From Mobula birostris (Eukaryota): a stretch of DNA of 64,000 bases. A program made the translations under genes and the position numbers. The notes under the pieces are model-generated. The model was not told the origin of the DNA. It ran no database searches and worked only from the letters and a program-made list of their open reading frames with translations. The stretch is taken from the NCBI RefSeq assembly GCF_030028105.1, contig NC_092395.1, forward strand, positions 43,924,459-43,988,458. Reading direction: 5' to 3'. Shown one piece after another: positions 14,057-25,112 of this stretch; within the stretch, counting starts at the first letter, position 1; the number at the start of each line of letters is the position of its first letter.

Positions 14057-14105
14057 ATGACACGGACGTTGTGCTTTTTCTGGTCTCTGGCAATGTAGCT
14101 GGGCT
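14057..14105 (+). pseudogene. IgL leader exon (copy A) with in-frame stop
   Basis: MTRTLCFFWSLAM*LG then a phase-1 donor t|GTAAG at 14106; TAG at 14096-14098; 102-bp GT-AG intron to 14207 keeps frame with the V exon. Confidence 0.78.
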
Positions 14106-14207
14106 GTAAGTACAGGCAGCATGGCTGCACCGCCAGCGGTTGTTGATGTGGGCTTTAGGGGTCATGTTAGAGAGTTAATGGTTAAAGTTGTATTCCTGGT
14201 TTTACAG

Positions 14208-14565
14208 CTGGAGAATCCCAGACTCCGACTCAGCCTCCGACCGTGTCGCTGAGTCCAGGTGCTACCGCCACGTTGGAAGGTAACATCGGAACAAAGGATG
14301 ACAGTTATGTATTTTGGTACAAGCAGTCACCGGGAACAGCCCCACAATGGATCCTGTACTACCATCACTCGCTCAGCGCCCCGACCTACGGGCCTGGGTT
14401 TAGCAGCGACCGTTTCACGTCGACAGTCAACAGCGCCAGCACCATTTACCAGTTAATCATAAAAAAATGTGGAGCTGAATGACGCTGCCGTCTATTACTG
14501 CGGAAAGTGGGATTCATCGGGCAGTTATTACTTGTTCGGCCCAGAGACCAAGCTCTTTGTTACAG
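14208..14565 (+). pseudogene. Germline-joined VJ exon of a sigma-like Ig light chain (copy A), disabled
   Basis: tttacag| acceptor; GESQTPTQPPTVSLSPGATATLE(G)NIGTKDDSYVFWYKQSPGTAPQWILYYHHSLSAPTYGPGFSSDRFTST...[frameshift at the A7 run 14461-14467]...VELNDAAVYYCGKWDSSGSYYLFGPETKLFVT g|GTAAG. No RSS or spacer between V and J. Confidence 0.95.
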
Positions 14566-15712
14566 GTAAGTGTCTGGGAAATCCCGCCTGCAATTACAGG
14601 CTTCATGAATATGGTCTCCTGGCAATTAATAATTTATACATTATTATTTCTTGGCGAATTTCACAATGAAAACTCAAATTTACGATCCAGTTGTGCTCGT
14701 TATCGTGTGTCTATGGAGTTGTGTTCAGTGAACATAAAGCTGTGTTGTGAATCATTATCGTCTTTTAAAATGTTTGCTTTTCAGTTGTGTTTTCTTTCTG
14801 GTGCCGTATTTTGTGTCCCTGGCATCTGCACTTTAATATTTCGTTTCTGAAATTGAACGGGGTTTCAGATCTATTAGTTTGGCAGCTTTTGCTTTTGGTT
14901 TGTTGGAAGCCAGCGTGAGGAGTTCCAGCTTCTCAAAATGCGGCCCGAAGTGTCACTGGGGATATGATGTAGTCCACGGTTATCAAAACGACAGTGCGAC
15001 AAGTTTCAAGTTATTGTACGAGGATGCTCCAGTGAAACCTCCCTCGTACTTTCATTGAACTCCCATTTCTCCCGGTCAGGGTAGAACACTCCTGTACACA
15101 CCCATCCAATTGCCTCGTCCTTGCCTCCTGTCTCCTGCCTCCCTTTCACGTGAACACTGCTCTTTTGCGGTACTCCGGCCGCTACACAGACTAAGGCCAG
15201 AGATTATGGTCTGGGGAGAATCCGACCTTCCTTCTCCCACAGTAATTGCTTCGGCATCGCCACAGCTTGACTTCCCGAAACCAGCTCTGTGAAACTCCGG
15301 ACACTGCACTGTGGGTAAGCGCAGAAATAGGTTCCCTCACAGTACAGCTGTGGGGGACACGGGTGGGAGGGCGCGCATTAGTGATGAGTAGATAGAGCAA
15401 CGGGAAGGAACGTGTCACTGTTGACACAGGCCTGGGTAGATCCCAAGAGCTGGAAGTGATGTCACTGAGCTGCTGATGCTGTAATCCAGCGACTCTACCG
15501 GAGAATCCTGAAAAAGGGATTCGACCACAAATGCCTGGTCTTTCAGTGTTGACTAAAATGCACGGCCCTCCGTCCGCGCTGACGCGCACCTTAGCGAAAC
15601 CCATGGCCCCATTCTTGGAAACCAGAACCTTTCACTGGCGCTTCCATCCAACTGTGAAATATCGCGAGATATTCAGTGACCTGAAACATGTGTCCTCTTG
15701 TTCCCGATCCAG

Positions 15713-16035
15713 ATCAGCAGCTCCCCGACCCTTCAGTGAAACTGCTCGGGCCGCCAGCCGAAGAGATCTCCGCTAAAGGAACCGGCACCTTAGATTGCCT
15801 GGCCAGTAAATTGTCGATAGGCTTCCCTGTCGTCAGCTGGACAGTGAACGACAGTCCGACGAGCAGTGATGTGCAAACCAGCGGGGTGACTCAGAACGCG
15901 GACAAAACCTTCAGTCTCAGCAGCTACCTGACGGTGCCCGGCGCAGACTGGAGCAGTGGGAAGAGGTACTCCTGCTCAGTTCAACAAGGAGCAGCCTCGA
16001 CAATATCCGCAACAGTCACACAGTCCAACTGTTAA
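15713..16035 (+). CDS. Ig light-chain constant exon (copy A, sigma-like), open frame
   Basis: ccag| acceptor; DQQLPDPSVKLLGPPAEEISAKGTGTLDCLAS...VSWTV...TFSLSSYLTV...DWSSGKRYSCSV...QSNC*. Both domain Cys, the Trp and the terminal Cys are present; phase matches the VJ donor. Confidence 0.92.
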
Positions 16036-16364
16036 AACAGAGCGTAGCCTCGTACTTGTTTGCTCCGAACAACAGATTTTTGTTTTGCATTTTCACCCCC
16101 TCCACCATTCTCTTCACTGTACTCTATGGTTTCTACTGTGTTGTTAGAATTTTTGCACCGGCACCGGAGACTGATTTTCTTCCGTTTCAGCCACTAGGAA
16201 GCGACGTGGGGTAAAAGTGTCCTGTTACTTACCATCGTTAGAAATATCAGCTAGTGAATTATTTTATCTGTTACCAGGGATAGATGCAATTAAAATTATT
16301 AATGAATGTGCTAATGATTTCTCATCAGTATCAGACTGACAGATGGCAACGGCCACAAACTGCT

Positions 16365-16370
16365 AATAAA
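16365..16370 (+). promoter_or_regulatory. Candidate polyadenylation signal, copy A
   Basis: AATAAA ~330 bp after the stop with downstream GT-rich sequence; positionally conserved in copies B and C. Confidence 0.6.
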
Positions 16371-17639
16371 GATGTTCAGTGCAGGAACGATTTCCGTGTG
16401 TGGGTCTTCTTCTCTCTATGCTCTTCCCGATCTCATCCGGGTGGGAGGAGGGAGGAGACTCGCGCGGGCGAGACGATACCGACCAGGGCCGTCCGGGGGT
16501 TGAAATAAGGTGAGAAATCCTACAGTCTTGTCGTTGGTGGGGGAGGGAGGAGGGGAGCGGGAGAGAGAAAGAGTGAGAGACACAGACAAACCGACAAACA
16601 AAGATTCCTGTGGGCGGGAAAGAAGTGATGAGGTGAGAAAAAGAGACCGCGAAGCAAAGAAGGGCATGAAGTCCGCGTGTCTCTCTCTCGATTTCCTTGC
16701 ACATATTTCCAACTCTAGCACAAGTCGTGACCCAGAATAAGAGAAGATTTCCACGCACTGTATAATATCTTTCAGGACCCCTTCCTCTACTATTTTCTCA
16801 TGGGAAAGTACCAGGCTGTATCTGAAGCTGCTGAATCATCTTCCCTTCCCCGGCAAAGATGTTCTCCACCATTGTCTACTCTCGGAGATTCCCCCAAACA
16901 TGTTCTCCAAACATTCTTGTCGACAAGCTCCCTTATCCTTCCTCAAATCACTCCCGCATTCCGGACTTCTTATAACCTTCCACTGTGCGTTACACGTTTA
17001 GCATATACTAAGAAGAAATCCATGTTAACTTGTTCCTTACACTCCGCCCGTTGATTCTTCTTTGATTGATTATACAAGAGCAAAATACAAACTAAATATA
17101 GGTTGCAAGTTCACTTTGTAATTTTAATATAACCCTGTAAGCAGAGAAATTATCATGATAGACTTCAGAAGGGCAATCGGATAAAAATAAACTGCTGCAG
17201 AAATACCAGAAATGGTACGATTATAACAACTTCCGATGGGAGGCTAAGCCAGAGGTATATTTGAAAGTTTATTCCTTAGCTTCTGCGAACGTGTCGGATG
17301 GGGGGTGTTATCACATCGGAGAATGTCCTCTTCCATTGTCGCTATCCACGTGTTCTTTCTAGGCATCTAGCTAGTACTCTCTATATTTCGATTCGTAGGA
17401 AGACCTATACTGTAGATTGCGATGGTTCTAGCACTTTCAATCTACCCAAAACAGAACAATGCACCGTTATTATTAGTTTTTTTTGAGAGTGGAAAAAATA
17501 TTTTCATTTCGTTATTCTCCCTGTTTAAGCACATCAGTTATTATTTCCCTTGCACTGGTACTAGGTACGTGTTAACATTTTCGATTGTCATAAGATCCCC
17601 ATACAAACGGGAGGCCTTGCAAACCTTACAATCATTTCA

Positions 17640-17815
17640 CCGGAGTACTTCCCGGTGGCCAAACTTTTCTAATTCTGATACTTGTTCCCCTTCCCATTCC
17701 AACGTGTCGATCCATGGTATCCTCGTGTGCCAAATCGAGGCCACACTGAGATTGCAGGGCGCAACACCTCATTTTCCGCCTGAGTGCCCTCCAAACTGAT
17801 GGCATAAATTCCTTC
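17640..17815 (+). mobile_element. Penelope GIY-YIG C-terminal remnant (copy A)
   Basis: HSNVSIHGILVCQIEATLRLQG, paralogous to 21690-22030. Confidence 0.6.
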
Positions 17816-18319
17816 CGGTAAACAAAAATTCCTCCCCCCTCCTTTATTCAACACTCTGACGTTTTACCTACGTATTACTTCACCCTGGGTTCCCTCCTCC
17901 GTCCCTTATTCCCGTTTTCCACTCTTCCCTCGTATCAGATACTTACTTCCGTATCCCTTGACATTTCCCAGTCACTTGGCTTCACCTATCATATTCTAGC
18001 TGGACTCCTTTTCTCCCCGACCCCTACCCTTTAATTCAGACATCTCGTCCCTTCCCTCTCAGTGCTAAAGAACGGTCTCGGTCCGATTTTATCATGCTTG
18101 TACTTCCCTTCCCCACTGTATGAGGCCCATTGCTGCCCTCATCTTCCTCCTACTCTGCTGTACATTTCATCATCAGATGATCCTTGGGGTAAGGATCCGA
18201 AATTCTGGTTGTACAAGGCTTGAGATAGTATTAACAGTAAGGTATGGGTTGATGTTATACTGTGGATGAAAAATCCTTTTTTTTATTTTAATGATGCCTG
18301 CGGGTGGGTGGGGTGGGGT

Positions 18320-19040
18320 AATAGAATGTGTGATACACCCAATGAATGTCCTTACTTTAAAATTTAGACCAATTGTACGATTTTATTTCTTGCCGGTTCC
18401 CATAACAGCTGATAAACTTCTTCAGTCCCTTCAGAGTACGATCTTGATCCGCATATATACATGGAATTGTCATTATACAACTTGAATAGGTGACAACCAT
18501 ACAGTGCAAATATTTAAACCGTTGCTGCCGTGGCGGGGTTTTGATGGAATCAAGTTGGGCAGGCCAGTCTCTTTTCTAATATGGGCAGCTAGTTTTTTTT
18601 GTTTTTTTTTTCCGGAAAGCTCTCCTTTTGACCTGTTGCTGTAAATATATTTCTGTGGCTGAGTTGAATGCAGCGACATTCAATCCTGTAACTCCGCCAT
18701 GGACGTACCCAAACAGGGCTGGGAAAGGAGGACGACTGGACATGGGGATAACAACATTATTCCGTAAATACCCAGAGCTCCAGAAACACCGATAGAAGCC
18801 CCAAAGACCCTATCCCTAGGGGGAGGAAGGATCTTCGAAGATGGACTGTAACTTGAAATTTTAGATGGCTCTGGTCGGCTGCTGTCAGTGGCCTATGCCC
18901 CAGTAGGGGTAATGTCTTTAAGTAATTTTCACCCCATAGGCGAGCTTTCCCGGGGCGTATAGGGGTGGAAACTTCCGTAAAACAGGTACAGTGTTTCTTA
19001 ATACGGTTTTCCCCATGTAATCGGTGCTGGAGGGGTTGGT
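18320..19040 (-). mobile_element. pol: ERV-L-like pol fossil (copy A; RNase H to integrase, 5'-truncated)
   Basis: Minus frames give CFTEVS (WFTDGS-like), DQDRTLKGLKKFISCYGNRQEIKSYNWSKF and KDIHWVYHTFYYP; paralogous to the B and C fragments. Confidence 0.68.
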
Positions 19041-19077
19041 GGCCGAACAAGTAATAACTACCCGATGAATCCCACTT
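19041..19077 (-). other. Inverted 37-bp CDR3/J fragment of a joined VJ
   Basis: Reverse complement aagtgggattcatcgggtagttattacttgttcggcc (KWDSSGSYYLFG) matches 14505-14541 at 36 of 37 bases. Confidence 0.92.
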
Positions 19078-19784
19078 CAGGATGCGCAAGTGAAACCTCC
19101 CTCGTACACTTACTGAACTTCCATTTGTCCAGGTCAGAGTGGTACACTCCTGTAGACACCACTCCAATTTCTCAGCCTTTGCTTCCTCTCTCCCGCCACC
19201 TTTTCACCTGAGCACTGCTCCTTTTGTGGTACAGCCGCTCGGTGTTACCGGTCGCTGCACTGTCTAAGACTAGAGCTGCGGCTCTGGGGAGAATCCCCTC
19301 TTCCTTATCTCACAGTAATTGCTTCGGCATCGTCACAACGTGACTTCCCTAAACCAGCTCGGTGAAACTCCGGACCACGCACATGTTGCCCTGCGCTCTG
19401 GGTAAGCGCAGAAATAGGTTTACTCTGATTACAGCTGTGGGTGATACGCATTTGTTGTGAGTGGATGGAGCAAAGGGAAGGAACGTGCCACTATTGGCAC
19501 AGGCCAAAGTGGATACCAAGAGCTGGAGGTGACGTCACCGAGCTGGTGATGCTGCAATCCAGCTACTCTACAGGAAACTCCTCAAACAGGGATTTGACCA
19601 CAAATGTCTAGTCTTTTAGTGTTGACTAAAATGCACTGCCCTCCATCGGCACTGACGCGCACCCTACGAAACCCTGGGCCCCATTCTTGGAAAATGGACC
19701 TTTTCACTCGCGCTTCCATCCAACGGTGAAATATCGCGAGATAATCCGTGACCTGAAACTTGTCTCCTCTTGTTCCCGATCCAG

Positions 19785-20106
19785 ATCAGCAGCTCCCCGA
19801 CCCTTCAGTAAAACTGCTTGGGCCGCCTGCCGAGGAGATCTCCGCTAAAGGAACCGGCACCTTAGTCTGCCTGGTCAGTAAGCTGTCGGTGGGCTTTCCT
19901 ATCGTCAGCTGGACAGTGGACGGAAGTGTGACCAGCCGTGAGGTGAAAACCAGCGCGGTGAGGCGGGACACGGACAGCACTTTCAGTCTCAGCAGCTCCC
20001 TGACGGTGCCCGGCACAGACTGAAACAGTGGCAAGGTGTATCCTGCGTGGTTAAACTAGGAGCAGACTCAACGACATCAGCAAAAGTCGCACAATCCAGC
20101 TGTTAA
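19785..20106 (+). pseudogene. Ig light-chain constant exon (copy B), disabled and V-less
   Basis: DQQLPDPSVKLLGPPAEEISAKGTGTLVCLVSKLSVGF...; TGG>TGA at 20021-20023 and a 1-nt deletion in the YSC codons; preceded by a partial J-C intron (19079-19784, paralogous to 15021-15712). Confidence 0.93.
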
Positions 20107-20458
20107 AACAAAGAGCGGCCTCCGACTTGTTTGCTCCGAACAACAAATTTATTTATTTTTGCACCCTCCACCCCTCTCTACCACTCTCTTCACTGTACTC
20201 CGAACACTGATCAGAGCTCTGTTGTTCCCATTGTGTTGTTAGAACATTTGCACCCGAGAATGATTTTTTTTTTCTCTGTTTCATTCGCCGAGAAGCTACG
20301 TGGGGTAAAAGTGGCCTTTTTCTTGTCATCATTACAAATATCAGCTGGTGAATTGTTTTATCTGTTACCAGAGATGGATCTAATTAAAGTTATTACTGAA
20401 TGTGCTAACGATTTCACGTCAGTATCAGACTGACAGATGGTAACTGCCACAAACTGCT

Positions 20459-20464
20459 AATAAA
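20459..20464 (+). promoter_or_regulatory. Candidate polyadenylation signal, copy B
   Basis: AATAAA in the same context as 16365. Confidence 0.55.
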
Positions 20465-21689
20465 GATGTTCAGTGTAGGAATGATTTCCATGTGGGAGTC
20501 TTGTTCTCTTGTGTGCGCTTCCCATTCTCATCCGGGTGGGAGGAGGGAGGTGACTCGTGCGGGCTAGAAGGCGCCGACCAGTGTAGTCCGGGGGTTGAAA
20601 TAAGTTGAGAAATCCTACATTCTTGCCGTTGGTGGAGGTGGGAAAGAGGGGAGGGGGAGAGAGAAAGAGCGAGAGACACAGACAAACCGGCAAACGGAGA
20701 GACCTGGGGGAGGACAAAATTGATGAGGTAAAAATAAGAGACCGCGAAGCAAAGAAGGGCATGGGGTCGGAGTGGTAGGGATGACTCTCTCTCGATGTCT
20801 TTGTACCTATTGAAACTCTAGCACTAGTTGTGACCCCGAATAAGAAAAGATTCCATGCAGCGGATAATATCTTTCAGGACTCCTTGCCCCAATATTTTCC
20901 CATGAGAATGTACCAGGCGGTACCTGCAGCCGCTGAATCATCTTCTCTTCCCAGACAAAGATGTTCTCCACCACTGTCTACTCTTGGAGATTCTCCAAAC
21001 ATTGTAATGGAAGAGTTCCTTTGTCCTTTCTCAAAACACTCCCACATTCCAGACTAGCATCTTATAACCTTCCACCGTGTGTTACACATTTAGCATATAC
21101 GAAGAAGGAATCAATATTAACTTTTTCCTTGCACTCCGCCCATTAATTCCTCTTTGGTAGATTATACAAGAACAAAATACAGACTAAATACAGGTTGCAA
21201 GTTCACTTCGTAACTCTAATGTAATCATTTAAGCAGTACAATTATCACAAAAAGACTTCATAATGGCAGTCGGATAAGGATAAACTGCTGTACAGACACC
21301 ACTAATGGTAAGATTATAGCAATTTACGATGGGATGCTGAGCCACAGGTATATTTGAAAGTTTGTTTCTTAGTCCCCAGGAACGTCTCGGGGCGAGGGGT
21401 GTTATCACATCGGAGGATGTCTTCTTCCATAGTGGCTATTAGCGTGTCATTCCCGAACGTCCGGACAGCGCTCTCCATATCTCGATTCGAAGGAAGACCT
21501 ATGTCGCGGATTGCAATGGTTCTAGCACTTTTAATCGACCTGAAGCAGAACAATGCACCACTATTATCGATTTTTAAAATTATTATCATTTTGTTATTCT
21601 CCCTGTTTTAGCACATCAGATACTCTTTCCCTTGCACGGATACTACATACGTGTTATCATCATTTTCGATTGCCATAATCTCCCCATTT

Positions 21690-22030
21690 CATACGGGAGA
21701 CCTTGCAAACCTTGCAATCACTTGACCTACAAATCTACTGGGATCCGTTCATGTGTCTCGTGCTTTCGGCGCGGCCCCTCTACATTGGTGAGACGTAAAT
21801 TGAGGGATCGCTTCGTAGAGCAACTCCGCACCATTTGCCACGAGCGGGACTTCGCGGTGGCCAAAAATTTTAATTCTGATACTCGTTCCCGTTCCGGTTC
21901 CAACGTGTCGATCCATGGCTTCCTCTTGTGCCAAGACGAGGCCACCCTGAGGGTGGAAGAGCAACACTTCCTTTTCCGTCTTGGTACCCTCAACCTGATG
22001 GCATAAATATCGAATTATCCTTCCGATAAA
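21690..22030 (+). mobile_element. Penelope GIY-YIG endonuclease remnant (copy B)
   Basis: RRKLRDRFVEQLRTICHERDFAVAKNFNS...VSIHGFLLCQDEATLRVEEQHFLFRLGTL matches the recalled Penelope GIY-YIG C-terminus. Confidence 0.75.
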
Positions 22031-22479
22031 CAAAAATTCTTACCCCTCCTCTATTCATCACTCTGACCTTTTACCTTCCCATTACTTCACCCTGAGTCCC
22101 CTCCTCCGTCCCTTACTCCCATTGTCTACTTTTCCCGCCTATTCGATTCTCACTTCCATATCCCTAGATCTTTCCTATTCACCCGGCTTCACCTATCATA
22201 TTCCAGTTAGCCTCCTTTCCCTCTCCCACCCCTACCCTTTCAGTCAGGCATCTTGTCCCTTCTGTCTCAGTCCTAAAGAAGTGTCTGGGTCCGATTTTAT
22301 CATGTTTGTACTTTCCCTTCTCTCTGTATGACGCCGATTCGGCCCGGTATCTTTTTCTTGTTCTGAAGTATTTTTCATCATCAGAAGTTATGATTGTACA
22401 AGGCTTGAGATAGTATGTGCAGCAAGTTATGGGTTGATGTTAACAGACGAGAAGTCCATTCATTCTTTTAATTTGAACT

Positions 22480-23490
22480 GGTGCCTGGGGGATGATAGGA
22501 TGTTTGATACACCCAGTGAATGCCTTTGCTGGCAGTCCAGTGTTTCATTGCTCGCCCTGAAAATTGAGACCAATTGTACGATAGTATTTCTTGGGGGTTC
22601 CTATAATAACTGATATACTTCTTCAATCCATTCAGCGTATGATCGGATCCGTCTATATACATGGAATTGTCATTATACGACTTGAATAGGCGTCAACCAT
22701 ACAGTGCAAGTCTTTAAATCGTTGCTGCCGTGGCGGGTTTCTGATGAAATCAATCTTTTCTCTTTTCTAATACGGGCAGCTAGTTTCTCGGGAAGGCTCT
22801 CTTTTTGACTTATTGCTGAAAACATGTCCCCGTGACTGAGTTAAATGCAGCGAGTTTCCACTCCTGTAACTTCACCATGGACGCTCCCAAACATGGCTGG
22901 GGAAAGAGGCGGATTGGACATGGGGATAACAACCACATTACGTAAATACCCAGAGCTACAGACACGCCAACAGAAGTTCCAAAGACCCTATCCCCAGGGA
23001 GTTGAAGTATCTTCGAAGATGGGCTAAACTTAAGGTTCTGGTCCAGGATAGAGGACTCCGGCCAACGGCTGTCAGCGATCTTTGCCCCAGTAGGGGTTTC
23101 CACCCCGGTAGGCCTAATTTCCCGGGACGTACAGGGATGAAAACTTTCGTAAACCAGGTATAGTGTTTCTTAATACGGCAATCCCAATGTAATCGGTGGT
23201 GGGGATGGGGTGGGGGAGAGGCTGACACAGGGACGGGTGGTTTGATAGTCCCTGTACATCCATCCACGGACATGCTACATGCTGACACGCCGCCGAGTCC
23301 TCACTTGTTGTTTCTTCAATGTACCACTTCCGCTTTATAATTGAGATTTGTCGTTCCTTCTGCGTTTTGTTCGCGCATACCTCCGTGAGCACGCTCGTCA
23401 TGATGAGGAGGTAGGGTTTCATAGTGACCTCGCTTCTTTCTGTAACCGCTTCTGTCTCCACTAAAGTCAATATGTCCATGCGGAAACAGC
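22480..23490 (-). mobile_element. pol: ERV-L-like pol fossil (copy B; RT connection, RNase H, integrase core)
   Basis: LVETEAVTERSEVTMKPYLLIMTSV...ISIIKRKWYIEE; HYTWFTKV; MVDAYSSRIMTIPC; GLKKYISYYRNPQEILSYNWSQFSG; KGIHWVYQTSYHP. Motifs are colinear with recalled ERV-L pol. Confidence 0.78.
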
Positions 23491-23833
23491 TAACGCCAGC
23501 AGGCCAGACAGCATGAATATTAAAATGAAGTCGATGTTTCGGCCGGGCCCTTCATCAGGACTGGAACATAACGGGGAACACGTCGGAATAAATAAAGTGG
23601 TGGGGATGGAGGGGAAGGACAGGTGTGTCTCTTCACATAACCATAGACAAACGTGAGTCTATCTCAGCCGAATGTAGTCAGTGCGGAAGCCTTCACATAG
23701 AGTGGAAAGAACCAATGGTTCAGACCCGCTGAGAATCGAAATACTTCTCCAGCTCCGACATTATTAATTACTCTGAAACTGTGTCCCTCAGGAGGAAATG
23801 TAACCTGTAATAGATATTAAATATTATATGTAA

Positions 23834-23838
<5 letters not shown>

Positions 23839-23879
<41 letters not shown>
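23839..23879. repeat. (TA)n microsatellite
   Basis: Direct read. Confidence 0.95.
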
Positions 23880-23880
<1 letters not shown>

Positions 23881-24707
23881 TGTTACGTACCCCGTAACTG
23901 GGTTGCCAAACCAGCAGAAATGGACAACTTAGTTGGAGTCTGGATTACTGGAACTAAGAAAGTTTTATTAAAGAAATAAGCAACACAGTACTCTAATCGT
24001 AAGGATATAAATGCAACAGGTTAGCAATGATAAAACACACATGTACACAGAACTAGGGTAATAGGAATCAAACAAGCTCTATCGCAGTCGGGGGGTAAAA
24101 TGATCAGTCTCAAGTGACGCAGAGTTCAGTTCAGCTTAGTACAGTTCGCAGTAATGGCTGTTGTGCCGTTGGAGAGAGAAAGAGGGAGATATGCAAATCC
24201 TGATTCAGACAGACCTTTGTTCTTCGCAGTTAGCTTTCGGGCGAACCTTTTTACTGTCTTCTGTGGTCACCGACTGTGACACTTCCGTTCCGGATACGAC
24301 CGTTCTTCTGCGCTGAACCCGGCACCCAGGCAAGGGCGGACACACACACCAGGGTCCCGCCGATCGTACCTTTTTACCCTGTGCGACTATGGTCCGTCCC
24401 GCGACCTGACCTCCAAACTCTGACCAACTTGTGGGGGCACACCGCTCTTCCAGGGTCTCGTTATCTCGTGATCTCGTGGTCTGTTGTGCCTTAGTGAACC
24501 TGTTCCTTTTATCCCCCTGCTGGGTTATCGCCTGTCCATCAAAATTCAAACAGTTCAGGTTCAAAGCAACCGGTCTGTCAATACTCTTAATTGTGTTTCT
24601 TTTCCGTTACCTCTCTCCTCTCTCATTAACATTTTGAACGCTTCTCCATTGTCTCCCTTATCTCTCTCATCAGTATCAATATTGTGATAACTTGGTTCTT
24701 CGTCACA
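23881..24707. mobile_element. Solo LTR (827 bp)
   Basis: TGTTACG...CGTCACA termini and an exact 4-bp TSD ATAC (23877-23880, 24708-24711). Confidence 0.82.
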
Positions 24708-25112
24708 ATACTCTTCAAAAATGCTAGTTTTTCCCTAGTGCAACGATAATATAGCAACAACTGAATAATGAAAGAATACTTGGCATGAATTGCAGCCTGT
24801 GGTCAGATATTTTGTCACTCCAGTCCGTCGACGTGATTACAATATTGCCAATTGAGTGGCGAGCTCCCGTCCATGAAGATGAAAAGGAGCTGTGATGTAG
24901 GTCACCTCTGTCATAAGGGTCAAGGTACATTTCTTAGGAGACAGAGCTCCAGGAAGCAATCCCACTTAACCAGAGATCTTTATATTTAAAAACTAGAGAT
25001 GTGATGTCAGTGCTGGTCATTCCAGTGGGAATTCACCATTTGGGCATCATCTGCATTACATCAGACTCTTTCTGCTCACGCTCCACCTCGTCTGTATTGG
25101 CCACGTTACAAT

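Noticed and set aside
13647-14165. 172-aa antisense ORF over the Ig promoter and leader
   Set aside because: It is a chance frame across a repeat remnant and the promoter, with no motif or independent support.
15100-15700. Conserved intronic enhancer in the J-C intron
   Set aside because: Similarity among A, B and C is uniform across intron and flank, as expected from duplication; no motif stands out above that background.
14500-15712. Recombination signal sequences around V or J
   Set aside because: I saw no heptamer/nonamer pair with a 12 or 23 spacer next to the coding ends; this was a visual scan only.
14208-16035. Processed (retroposed) Ig transcript as the origin of the joined VJ
   Set aside because: The promoter, leader intron and J-C intron are all present, and there is no polyA tail or TSD.
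23114-23479. Novel secreted protein (MKPYLLIMTSV / MNPYLLIMTWV signal-peptide-like ORFs in copies B and C)
   Set aside because: The segment is better explained as the RT connection domain of the ERV-L-like pol, and the frames break differently in each copy.
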